DNA of 27,417 nucleotides, from positions 1-27,417 of the IMG/VR virus record IMGVR_UViG_3300025585_000140; one strand, given 5' to 3'. A model generated the notes under the pieces. That model did no database searches and was not told the DNA's origin. It worked only from the letters and a program-made list of their open reading frames with translations. The number at the start of each line of letters is the position of its first letter. The first letter of the stretch is position 1. Shown here piece by piece: positions 8,477-17,052 of this stretch. This DNA comes from a virus (lineage: Duplodnaviria; Caudoviricetes). The translations under genes and the position numbers were made by a program.

Positions 8477-9912
8477 CGCTGCCCCATGGAAACAGCCTTG
8501 ATGACATCAACGCCTTGCGCGTAGTTCCAACTGGTCGCAGCGGGAACCGTCACCCTTGCTCGATGAAAGCGCCCGGTGGAGCGGACCGGGCATGTACCAG
8601 TGGAGCGCTGGCTGCTTTCAGAACCAAACGTAACGGTTCCCGACTGCGTCTCTCGAACCCCCATAGCAATTGTCGCCGCGCTTGTATCGATGAGAGGGGC
8701 GACCTCGTGGACTTGCATCCGGCCCCGCTCGTTCAGTTGCCCCTCTGCCGTGGTCATGACCGCTTCCAGCGTGTCGCCGTCGAAGAAGGATAGCTTGTGA
8801 GATGAATTGAACGCCCCGATGGATTGGTTGCCGCCCTGATAGGCTGTCGAGTCAAAGGACAACGTCTGGCCTTCCAGCGTGCCTGTGATGCTGTCGAGGC
8901 CAGTACCAAGCGAGAAATGATTGTACAGAATCTCGCAGTCCTGAACGATGTAGGACCAGCGTTTCTCAGGCCAATGCCAGACCAGAATCTTGTTCGGCAG
9001 ACCGCCGCCGCCCGTGGGATAGGCTACGAAGACGAGTTTACGAACCGGGTCCACGGCAACGCTGATGCGGTCGTAGGCGGCTGTGTTGACCTCGTTGAAG
9101 AAGGTCTGGTCGATGCCGTTCTCCCCGATGGGAATAGACTGCACGCCATCGAAGAAATAGAAGCCGTCCGGGGCGAGGTAGAACACACCATTACCGACCG
9201 GAGCGACGCTGTAGGGAGCGAGCGCACCGCGCGCCTGCTCGACCACGTCGAACTGGAAGGTGATAGGAGCCGGAACACGCACCATGCGGACAATCTGCCG
9301 CTCCTGGAACACGTAGCCGACTTCACCCCCCACAATCGCCTGAATGACGCCACCGTCCGGGATGTCCTGATAGTTGCTTTCGTTCGTGCCGACTGTCCAA
9401 CCCACTGCGGAGTTCGAAGCCGACCACTGCACACGGTTGGCAGAGGCTGTGATGTTTCCCATCACGACGAATTCGCGAACCACTGCGATATGCTTTGCAG
9501 TCGGCGGTGAACCAGAGAGCGCGGCCCAGTTGGCACCGGAGGCCAGCGTGATGGACTGAGGCGCATCTGCCCCGTTCACGGCAATGCCGAGCGTTCCGTA
9601 CTTGACGAAGCGCCACTGGCCGTCTGAAGGCGTTGCGTAGGCACCACCTGCCAGACGGCTGGCATCTGTCCACGTGGAACCGCTCAGAAGGTAAAGCTTC
9701 GTCGCATCGCCTGCGTAGGCGTGGACGGTGCCTGAGTTGTCCTTGATCGCCCATGCGCCTTGGCAACGGGCCGTGAGGGCACTGGAATAGGCATTGATGG
9801 CGTACCACGGCAGGTAGCCACGGGCGAACGGGATGACGTTCTTTGCATCCGTGACGCCGGGATTTCCCAGAGCCGGGAGGTCTGGAAGCCAAGGGCCGAA
9901 TTCGAGTTTCAT
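8473..9912 (-). CDS. Tail nozzle/stabilisation protein (P22 gp10-like beta-propeller)
   Basis: Start re-assigned to ATG 9912 (MKLEFGPWLPDLP); beta-rich; NRVQWS, GALAPYSV..VGNGVFYLAPDGFY motifs; position. Confidence 0.8.
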   Translation of the reverse strand: MKLEFGPWLPDLPALGNPGVTDAKNVIPFARGYLPWYAINAYSSALTARCQGAWAIKDNSGTVHAYAGDATKLYLLSGSTWTDASRLAGGAYATPSDGQWRFVKYGTLGIAVNGADAPQSITLASGANWAALSGSPPTAKHIAVVREFVVMGNITASANRVQWSASNSAVGWTVGTNESNYQDIPDGGVIQAIVGGEVGYVFQERQIVRMVRVPAPITFQFDVVEQARGALAPYSVAPVGNGVFYLAPDGFYFFDGVQSIPIGENGIDQTFFNEVNTAAYDRISVAVDPVRKLVFVAYPTGGGGLPNKILVWHWPEKRWSYIVQDCEILYNHFSLGTGLDSITGTLEGQTLSFDSTAYQGGNQSIGAFNSSHKLSFFDGDTLEAVMTTAEGQLNERGRMQVHEVAPLIDTSAATIAMGVRETQSGTVTFGSESSQRSTGTCPVRSTGRFHRARVTVPAATSWNYAQGVDVIKAVSMGQR

Positions 9913-9913
9913 G

Positions 9914-11248
9914 TTACGTCCCGCCCATCTGCGCTGCAAACTCAGGCGGCATGTCTTGACCTGCGACCATCATGGCCCCGCCTGCGCCCGCAGTCATGGG
10001 GATGCCGTACTTCTTGAGGATGGTGATTAGGCTGTCGTCGAAAACGACATAGTTGTAAGTGCCGCCCTGACCGCCACGGCTTCCGGCGTCTTTGTACCGC
10101 AACCCCTTAATTCCCGCCGCCCTTAGTCTAGCGGCTGCTTCAGGCTGGCTTACAATGTCGCCCGCTTGTTTCAGCGCCACGCTACCATCCACGCCGTCAA
10201 ACGTTCCGTTTTGGATAGCGTCGAAATTCCTTTTGACAACCCCCTTTTTTTCAGGAGTTCCGCCGTTATATCTTGCACTTACAGCGGATTGGACTGCCTT
10301 TCTTACGGCCTCTGGCTGGTCGGACAATGGCGCGTCCAAGTCAAGCAGTTCATCAGGCTTTACGTTTATTTTGACTTGGTACATGGAGCCGGGGTTTTTG
10401 TTTACAAACTCTTTCCATCCGTACTTGTTCGCCAAGTCGTCCAGCGCGCCTGCGATCTCATCTTCCTTGCCACGGGGCGCAAGCTGCCGCACCTTGTCTG
10501 TCAAGCGGCCCCAGTCAGGTCGGCTTGACCCACCTTGCATGATGTCGATTTGCAATTCCTCTAGGGCTTTGTCTGCAAGCGTGTAGGCGTCATCTTGAGC
10601 CTCAGTCCAGTCCATACGCTGCCGCCAGTCAACGGCTGGAAGTGCCTGCGGCTGGTCGGAGAGCATATCGCGGTATTTCTTCGCCACATCTTCCGCTTCA
10701 GCAAAATACAGCCCATGCCCATAAGCCTGCGCGCCTTCTCCCGTCCCTATCTTCGACATATCAAATTTGTCGAATGAGTGCGGGGAGCCGTGATAAGCGA
10801 CAATGCCAGCATCAGCCACATCATCGGCCTTGTTCATGAGTTTGGACGCAAGTGGGGCCATTGCAAGCGCGCCGCCACCCGCCAACAGGTGAGGGTCAAC
10901 AACACTCGGGAGGTCCCCAAGCATCCCGCCTATGGACTGCCCCAGCCTTGATGTATTGCCTGCGTTTGCCAGACGCTCCCGCCATTCATCCCCCGTGGGG
11001 AAGAACGCAAGCGGATGTGTAACTAGCCCTGCAAGGCCAAGTGCCTTCATCCCCGCCCCTGTGAGCGGGTCGGTGTTCGGGTCAACGGCTTGGTTCAACA
11101 TCGCCAAGGAAGCGTCACGTTGTGCGCCGGACCTTCGGCCATAGCGAGCGAATGCGCCTGTGGCTTCGTCCCAGATGCCCTGCAAGGCCCCTGCAAGACC
11201 GCCCTGCGGTTCCTGCTGGCCTGCAACGGCTTTCCCCAACCCCGCCAT
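9914..11248 (-). CDS. ADP-ribosyltransferase-like (polyvalent-protein ART-type) domain protein with an ejection-protein-like N-terminus
   Basis: Start ATG 11248; AYHGSPHSFDKFD..KIGTGEGAQAYGHGLYFAE, MYQVKI, AGIKGLRYKD, NYVVFD motifs. Confidence 0.65.
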   Translation of the reverse strand: MAGLGKAVAGQQEPQGGLAGALQGIWDEATGAFARYGRRSGAQRDASLAMLNQAVDPNTDPLTGAGMKALGLAGLVTHPLAFFPTGDEWRERLANAGNTSRLGQSIGGMLGDLPSVVDPHLLAGGGALAMAPLASKLMNKADDVADAGIVAYHGSPHSFDKFDMSKIGTGEGAQAYGHGLYFAEAEDVAKKYRDMLSDQPQALPAVDWRQRMDWTEAQDDAYTLADKALEELQIDIMQGGSSRPDWGRLTDKVRQLAPRGKEDEIAGALDDLANKYGWKEFVNKNPGSMYQVKINVKPDELLDLDAPLSDQPEAVRKAVQSAVSARYNGGTPEKKGVVKRNFDAIQNGTFDGVDGSVALKQAGDIVSQPEAAARLRAAGIKGLRYKDAGSRGGQGGTYNYVVFDDSLITILKKYGIPMTAGAGGAMMVAGQDMPPEFAAQMGGT

Positions 11249-11249
11249 G

Positions 11250-11885
11250 CTAGAACTCCGTGGGTACGATGGAGCCAGTCGAACTGCGCGCGTTAGTCTC
11301 CTGAATGAGCGATTGCAGTTCCTCCGCCTCTGCCTGTGCCATAGCGGCGGCACCTTCGGCATCACGGATGACATGGGTCAGGAGTTCACGCTTGGCCCGC
11401 GAGCGAATGAGCGCCTCGGCATCCGTCATCCAGGCGTTTGTATCGCCTGTGGCTGAGAGGTCAGACAGGGCAAAGACCCCTGACACCCTGACGGCATAGG
11501 CTGCGTCCGGGATGGGATAGAGGCGCAACTGCTTGGCGTAGTAGGCGTATGACGTGGGCTGGCCTTCATCGACCGTCAGGTTGCTGCTGTCGTGTTCCAG
11601 TTCCGAGTATGGCACACGCTCCAGTTCCACCTTGTCGGAGCCGGAAATTGTCAGCTTCACATTGTCGATCATCAGCAGGTTGGGAATGTCGGAAGCGTCG
11701 GAGGAGGTGTAGAACTCCTGCCCGTCCACGGTGTTGAATGTCAGCGACCGGGCTTCGTTGAAGAAGAACCGCTTGCGCTGGTACTTATCAACTGCGGTCT
11801 GGATGGCCTTCTGGATCTGGCTTGTCAGGTCCGTCCTGTCCAACTCGTCCGCTATGCGGTCCTGCATCGCGCCGTATGTCGTCAT
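11250..11885 (-). CDS. Head-to-tail adaptor protein
   Basis: MTTYGAMQDRIADELDRTDL, TVDGQEFY, GQPTSYAYY..QLRLYPIPD motifs. Confidence 0.85.
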   Translation of the reverse strand: MTTYGAMQDRIADELDRTDLTSQIQKAIQTAVDKYQRKRFFFNEARSLTFNTVDGQEFYTSSDASDIPNLLMIDNVKLTISGSDKVELERVPYSELEHDSSNLTVDEGQPTSYAYYAKQLRLYPIPDAAYAVRVSGVFALSDLSATGDTNAWMTDAEALIRSRAKRELLTHVIRDAEGAAAMAQAEAEELQSLIQETNARSSTGSIVPTEF

Positions 11886-12027
11886 TCTTCACCCTCGACT
11901 TGTTCTTTGAACCCTTGGGACGCCCGCGCTTTTGCTCAACGGGAGTAAGGGTAATCACCACATCACAGACGGCTGCGAGCGGGTGCGGGGCGACCTTCGC
12001 CGCCGCCAACATCTGCCGCCGCCTCAT
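11788..12027 (-). CDS. Small basic protein with AT-hook-like motif
   Basis: ATGA coupling to the methyltransferase stop; KRGRPKGSKNK; 3' end overlaps the adaptor gene by 98 nt. Confidence 0.5.
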   Translation of the reverse strand: MRRRQMLAAAKVAPHPLAAVCDVVITLTPVEQKRGRPKGSKNKSRVKNDDIRRDAGPHSGRVGQDGPDKPDPEGHPDRS

Positions 12028-12542
12028 TTGCGCCCCACGACGACGCCGAAAACATTGTCGTCAACATTGAGTTCCTGAAGCACCTTGAAGTTGGTCTGGA
12101 AGATGTCCAGCCACCATTCCTTTGGCTTCACGATCCGGTGCGGGCTTGAGCCATCAGGCAACTTGTGGCGGCTCTCGCGTGTTGCCACGATGAACAGGCC
12201 CACGCCCTTCGTCACCCGGACAAGGTCTGCAATGACCGCATCAAGGCACTCAGGCTCGACATGCTCCAGCACATCCGTGCAGATGACGAGGTTCGCAGGG
12301 TCAGGGCTTGCACTCAGTTCCCCAAATGCCGGGTCATAGCCGATGACGCGATAGCCGAAGGGTTCCAGAGCCGCCTTGAGCGACTGCTTCCCACAGCCAT
12401 AGTCCAGCATGGTCTTGGTCCCGACTTGGTCAGCCAGGCTTTTGACCGTCTCCCAATACTTCATCGACTGCCTGCCCCACTCCGGTCTGTTGAAGTGGTG
12501 CTTTGCGTTCAGGATGCGGTATTCATCGCTGATGAGGGTCAC
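12024..12542 (-). CDS. Class I SAM-dependent methyltransferase
   Basis: LDYGCGK motif I; YDP; LVICTDVLEHVEP. Confidence 0.9.
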   Translation of the reverse strand: MTLISDEYRILNAKHHFNRPEWGRQSMKYWETVKSLADQVGTKTMLDYGCGKQSLKAALEPFGYRVIGYDPAFGELSASPDPANLVICTDVLEHVEPECLDAVIADLVRVTKGVGLFIVATRESRHKLPDGSSPHRIVKPKEWWLDIFQTNFKVLQELNVDDNVFGVVVGRK

Positions 12543-13276
12543 GGTGTACCCTCCAGAATGAGGCCGGCCTTGCGGCAGTAATCCTCTTCGTCCTTGACCT
12601 CGCCCGTCACAATCAGGCGGTTGACCACGCTGTCACGATGGACAGAGCGGCCCATCAGTTCCCACCATGAAACTGTGGCCCCGATGGATTCCTTGGCGTA
12701 CTCGACCCACTTGTCAGCGTGGGGCTGGTTGCGTGTTTCCCACCAGTGCGGCACGCCTTGCGTAAAGTGCACCAGCTTCGGGTTCTCGGGAGGATTGGAC
12801 GTGTACGGCACACACACATTCCATTCCCTTGGAAGATTGCCAATCTGATCCATAGGCAACCAGCCAATCTTGTGCAGGTTGTTGGTCTTCAGGTCGTCAA
12901 TGTGTTCCGGCGTCAACATCCGGTTTGAAGGATGCGAACAGTTGAACAGGATGGCGCTTGCCCATTCGAAGGCAGGCTGGTCCTTCATCACGTGGACGGC
13001 CTTGGAGGCATCCCCGCACTTGAAGATTTCGGAGATGTCCCCATTGCAGATCATGTCTGCATCAAGGAACAGCCCCCAGCCTTCGTAGTTGCACAGATAC
13101 GGCACCAGAAACCGCGACCACGTGAAGGGAGTCAGGCCCGCACGCTTGATCGGTAGCGTTTCCAAGACCAGCGGTGTAATCGAAACCGGCTCTTTCGCAT
13201 TCTTCGTGATCGACCAGATCAGGGTCGTGAGTGAAACAACTTGGCGGGGATCGCCGCCGATGAAGATTTTGTGCAT
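12539..13276 (-). CDS. GT-A glycosyltransferase (GT8-related, CDI-like)
   Basis: IFIG.DPR, TPFTWSRFLVP, FLDADM (DxD), LPREWN, KLVHFTQGVP. Confidence 0.88.
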   Translation of the reverse strand: MHKIFIGGDPRQVVSLTTLIWSITKNAKEPVSITPLVLETLPIKRAGLTPFTWSRFLVPYLCNYEGWGLFLDADMICNGDISEIFKCGDASKAVHVMKDQPAFEWASAILFNCSHPSNRMLTPEHIDDLKTNNLHKIGWLPMDQIGNLPREWNVCVPYTSNPPENPKLVHFTQGVPHWWETRNQPHADKWVEYAKESIGATVSWWELMGRSVHRDSVVNRLIVTGEVKDEEDYCRKAGLILEGTP

Positions 13277-13282
13277 TCGCTC

Positions 13283-13519
13283 CTATGCTCCATGACGCTC
13301 GTAAATTTCGTTGTGGTAGTTGTCCTTGTACGCCACCAGCTTGAAGTGCATCCGCTTGCCAAGGTCGTAGGCTTCCTCGACCAACTCCAACAACTGTTCC
13401 TTGGGCATGTCGTCCCGGATGCCCCGGTACAGTTCACGCTGCACTTCGCAGATCGTCCTCCACGTACCGTTGCCCTTTTCGGGGACAATCTTGTACTTAA
13501 TCGGACGCTTTGCGCTCAT
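13283..13519 (-). CDS. Hypothetical 78-aa protein
   Basis: GGGG RBS; fills the gap between the two glycosyltransferases; RTICEVQRE motif. Confidence 0.7.
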   Translation of the reverse strand: MSAKRPIKYKIVPEKGNGTWRTICEVQRELYRGIRDDMPKEQLLELVEEAYDLGKRMHFKLVAYKDNYHNEIYERHGA

Positions 13520-14942
13520 TGACTTTCCCCTTCAGGTCATTCGCAATTCTTGCGATTACGTCCGACCACTGCCCATGTTGGGTCTGCTTGTAGAGCCTTG
13601 CCGAAGGATACCAAGGCATTGTCTCCTGACAAAACTGCCACGGGGCCTTGATGGGTGTGAGGCACCAGGTCGGCACATTCATCGAGCCTGCGAAATGCAC
13701 ATTGCTCGTCAGGACCGTGATGACCAGATCCAGCCCGCCGATGCAGCCGAATAGCTGGTCGAGGTCAGCATTCATCTCGTTGTCGTGGGTGATGGACCAG
13801 CCGTATTTCGACCGGACCTTCTCCACTTCGTCCTTGGCATTCTCCGTGTACTGGAGGCTCACGAAGTCAATGCCGGGGAGGCTGAGTATGGGAGACAGCG
13901 TCTCGAGAGGCATGGACCGGAGGGCTACGTGGGTATCACGCGTCCCCCCGATCCAACTCACCCCTACTCGTAACCGTTTTCCATCGCCTGCAAACTTGCC
14001 CACAATAGAGGGGTCTGGCTTGATGTACCCATCAGCATATGTCGGAAAGTCCCCCGCGTTGCGTCGGAAGAACCGACTAAGGCTTCCGATGGGGACCTTG
14101 GCGTCGATCTCGTGATTGGCTGGCCAGTCGATCTTTTCGTCTTTTCGGGTTCCATAAACCGCGCACTCCGGGAATGAACGCTTGAAGATGTTCGTGAGCC
14201 TCGGATGACATTCGATAATCACCGATTTGCTGATCTTGATAATGTCGGGCAGTGCATGGGCGAACAGGATTTCATCCCCCACGCCCTGCTCGCCAAAGAC
14301 GACAACATTCTTCCCCGGTTCACCGTTCCACTTCTCGACCACGCGGCCCGGATGCGAATAATTCCGTGCCCATGTCGTGGCAATGCGGCCCAACTCATAC
14401 CCATCCCAGCCCTTGGCATAGTCGCCAAGTTCCAGATACGCCAAGCCCATGTTGAACTTGATGTGCTGGTTATCAGGATCGTGACTGAGGCCCTGCAGCC
14501 CCCACTCAATGGCCTTTTGCGCCTCACCCTCATTGATATAGGTCGACGCCATGTTGTGCATGATCTGCGCCCGCAGCTTGGCCTCTATGGGCAAGTGCAA
14601 GGCGCGCTCAAACGCTTCCCTGGCTTCCTGCAGTTTGTGGCAGCGGCGATAGCCTGCGCCCAGCGCATTCCAGTTCGCGGGCTCTTCAGGGGCCAAGCGG
14701 CACGCTGCCTTGAGCAGTGCAACGCCAAGACCCCAACGACCCACTTCGATGTAAAGGCTACCCAAGGCACCAAGGGCGATTTCGTCCTCGGCGTTGTGTT
14801 CGAGGCAGAACAGGTAGCAGTATTCTGCCTTGGCATATATCCGCTTGCGCTCGTCGCGGGACATCTCCCCGCCTGCTTCCTGCGCCTGCCGATGATAGGC
14901 CGCGCCCTCCTGAAGCACTTCAGAAATCGTCTTGTATTGCAT
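13497..14942 (-). CDS. TPR-repeat GT-B glycosyltransferase (GT9-like / FlmG-like architecture)
   Basis: Start ATG 14942 with GGGAG/GAGG RBS; N-terminal TPRs (WNALGAGY...EAREAFERAL); EQGVGDEILF, VGVSW.GG, FVSLQY, LDLVITV..SNVHFAGSMNVPTW, PWYPSARLYKQ. Confidence 0.88.
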   Translation of the reverse strand: MQYKTISEVLQEGAAYHRQAQEAGGEMSRDERKRIYAKAEYCYLFCLEHNAEDEIALGALGSLYIEVGRWGLGVALLKAACRLAPEEPANWNALGAGYRRCHKLQEAREAFERALHLPIEAKLRAQIMHNMASTYINEGEAQKAIEWGLQGLSHDPDNQHIKFNMGLAYLELGDYAKGWDGYELGRIATTWARNYSHPGRVVEKWNGEPGKNVVVFGEQGVGDEILFAHALPDIIKISKSVIIECHPRLTNIFKRSFPECAVYGTRKDEKIDWPANHEIDAKVPIGSLSRFFRRNAGDFPTYADGYIKPDPSIVGKFAGDGKRLRVGVSWIGGTRDTHVALRSMPLETLSPILSLPGIDFVSLQYTENAKDEVEKVRSKYGWSITHDNEMNADLDQLFGCIGGLDLVITVLTSNVHFAGSMNVPTWCLTPIKAPWQFCQETMPWYPSARLYKQTQHGQWSDVIARIANDLKGKVNERKASD

Positions 14943-14956
14943 CCTCGCTCCCAAGG

Positions 14957-14990
14957 AAAAAGGGGCAGAGGGTGTTACCCCTCCACCCCC
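14957..14990 (-). terminator. Intrinsic terminator after the capsid and decoration genes
   Basis: Minus strand GGGGTGGAGGG-GTAACA-CCCTCTGCCCC followed by TTTTT. Confidence 0.85.
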
Positions 14991-14995
14991 ATCAG

Positions 14996-15466
14996 TTAGG
15001 CACCAATCGTCGGGCGACCCATCACGTACTCGATGGTTCCCTTGATGATGCACGACACTTCCGCCGATGTGATCGACGCCAGCTTCGCCTGCAAGTAGCG
15101 GAAGCGAGGCTGGGTATCGTCACTCAGCGAAACGAAGTGAGGCAGAGCGCCTGTACGAACCGTGAGAGCGGCGGTTGCGGTGTTTGAAATCGCAGCGCCG
15201 TCCACAAGGAAGTCAAGCGAAGCCTCGCCGACCAGACCAACGTCAACCGTTGCGTTGCCAGCCGACGCAATCCAGCCCGACATATCAAGTCGGGTGATGT
15301 GTGCGCCGTGCGGGATTTTCGCAAGGAAGATGATGGTGGAAGCCGAAACAGTGACGCCGTTCGCAACGAAGTTGAACGGAACGGCGTTTACGCCTTCGTG
15401 GGAAGCAGTCACGTTGACCGTGGTGCCGACCAGAGCGGGCGAGTTTGCATGGGTTACATCAGCCAT
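14996..15466 (-). CDS. Capsid decoration/cement protein (putative)
   Basis: Directly after the capsid gene, AGGAGG RBS, beta-rich 156 aa (IFLAKIPHGAHIT, TVDVG), followed by a terminator. Confidence 0.7.
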   Translation of the reverse strand: MADVTHANSPALVGTTVNVTASHEGVNAVPFNFVANGVTVSASTIIFLAKIPHGAHITRLDMSGWIASAGNATVDVGLVGEASLDFLVDGAAISNTATAALTVRTGALPHFVSLSDDTQPRFRYLQAKLASITSAEVSCIIKGTIEYVMGRPTIGA

Positions 15467-15479
15467 GTGCTAGCCCTCC

Positions 15480-16310
15480 TTATGGTGCTGCCGCATACGT
15501 TGGGATGACAATTGTCCCAAAGTCTGCGGAGTTGAAACGGGTCTTCTTCAAGCCAGCCATCATGCCAGCCGAAACACCCAACTGGTTGCCGTAGTCGAAG
15601 GTTTCTTCGACGTACTTGACCTTCTCGTCCGGGGACGATGAGTCACGGCCCGTGGCGAACACTGCGGACTGAGCGCCGCAGAAGATTGCGCGGCGGGTGT
15701 TATCAACTGCCAGAGATGTGACAGTGCTGACACCCTTGGGAACGCGCGTGGCTTCATGGATGATGATGCCGCTGTACTCGCCAAGGCTTCCCTTGTAGAG
15801 CGCATCAGCGCCTTCACTCATGCCCGCCTGCAATGCAGAGCGGTTGACTTCCCACCACGTCACAGTGGCCGCTGTCGCCTCGCGGCGGAGCGAATACACT
15901 TGGTTCGGGTGAAGGAAGGCCACGTACTTTTCCTGACCGCCAATCTTGAACGGGCGGATCAGGGGCTGGCCCAGATCGTCCATCGTCTTGGCGCGGACAA
16001 GCGCGCGATCCAGCAGCGACGTGGTGAACGTGTCGATGGTGGACAGCGACTGGTCGCCAGTGCCGATGTTGGAGTTCGGGAAGATGATGTTGTTGGTGGA
16101 CGGAGCCACCGTGGCATTCATTCCCGTGTACTTCACATCAGTCTGCGCGGTGTTGCCCGCGATCTGATTGAAGAACCATGTGTCCATGCGGTCGGAGAAC
16201 CAGTCCGCAAGGGCGTCCATGTTTTCCTGACGCACGTCGAACAGCACGCGCTGTTCCGACATCTTGCCGGCACTCCGTGTGGCGTGCCGAAGTTGATCAA
16301 TGAGCAAGTC
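15480..16310 (-). CDS. Major capsid protein (N4-gp56 family), exon 2
   Basis: DLLIDQLRHA, MSEQR, YVAFLHPNQ, GSLGEYSGIIIHE, RAIFCGAQ, EETFDYGNQLGV, GLKKTRFNSADFG; 276 aa. Confidence 0.92.
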   Translation of the reverse strand, partial: DLLIDQLRHATRSAGKMSEQRVLFDVRQENMDALADWFSDRMDTWFFNQIAGNTAQTDVKYTGMNATVAPSTNNIIFPNSNIGTGDQSLSTIDTFTTSLLDRALVRAKTMDDLGQPLIRPFKIGGQEKYVAFLHPNQVYSLRREATAATVTWWEVNRSALQAGMSEGADALYKGSLGEYSGIIIHEATRVPKGVSTVTSLAVDNTRRAIFCGAQSAVFATGRDSSSPDEKVKYVEETFDYGNQLGVSAGMMAGLKKTRFNSADFGTIVIPTYAAAP

Positions 16311-16388
16311 CGTAGTGTTCAAGTTGGCTCGCTATGCCAACCCCGCCTTTCGGCTGCTGCATGTCACCATGCAGACCAGATCATATCA

Positions 16389-17000
16389 TCACCCCTGAGG
16401 GGTGCGGTGCGCTTCCAGCCGCTTGGCTGTACTCCCTTTCGGGATGATCGTTACGCCTTCCTTGTGAGGACAAATTCCGCCGTTACGGGACTTACCGTGT
16501 TGGCAGTTCATGCAGAGAATTTGGAATTCGTGAGTAGGCCACGTCCCATGTTCGCGGAAATATCTGTAGACCACCTGAGTTAATCGTGACCCACTTCCTT
16601 CGCCTGCCTTCCTTCGCTCGTACCCATCATTGTTGATGTGGTCGATACTCAGGAAAAGAGGCTCAGTCTCTCCGCAGCATTTGCAAATGTAGCCACCAAG
16701 ACCAAGGTAAGCCTTCTCCTTGGTTTGGTAATTCCAGCGCTTGGCTTTTTCTGCTTCCGCGCGCCGAAACCCGGCTTCATCGACAGCCATCTTCGCTGCC
16801 CTGTAGCGCCGCATACTGGCAAGCCCAAGAGCGCGTATCCGCTCCCGGTTCTTATCCCGCCAACCCTTCTGCCGCTCTAGTCCACATTTGCGGCACTCGT
16901 TTCGACGGTACTTCCTGCCGTTGCCTTCGCTTGTGCACGTGTTGAATTTTTCGAGGGGCTTTTCAACGCCGCACTTATTGCAAATTTTGCTCTGCATCAC
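16389..17000 (-). CDS. Intron-encoded HNH-type homing endonuclease with N-terminal zinc finger
   Basis: CNKC...CRKC finger; CKCCGE...LSIDHINNDG...ILCMNCQ.GK nuclease; starts in the L6 loop and reads through the ribozyme core to the 3' side of P8. Confidence 0.9.
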   Translation of the reverse strand: MMQSKICNKCGVEKPLEKFNTCTSEGNGRKYRRNECRKCGLERQKGWRDKNRERIRALGLASMRRYRAAKMAVDEAGFRRAEAEKAKRWNYQTKEKAYLGLGGYICKCCGETEPLFLSIDHINNDGYERRKAGEGSGSRLTQVVYRYFREHGTWPTHEFQILCMNCQHGKSRNGGICPHKEGVTIIPKGSTAKRLEAHRTPQG

Positions 17001-17023
17001 CGCACCTGATCAATTACCAGCGC

Positions 17024-17052
17024 AGTGTATTATTTATCAATTCCTCTATCAA
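17024..17052 (-). promoter_or_regulatory. Sigma70-like promoter inside the intron driving the endonuclease
   Basis: TTGATA (17052-17047), 17-nt spacer, TACACT (17029-17024), in an AT-rich patch about 25 nt upstream of the ORF start. Confidence 0.6.

Noticed and set aside
12024-12542. DNA methyltransferase of a restriction-evasion type
   Set aside because: No DPPY/NPPY or PCQ catalytic motif; DVLEH pattern fits small-molecule or glycan methyltransferases
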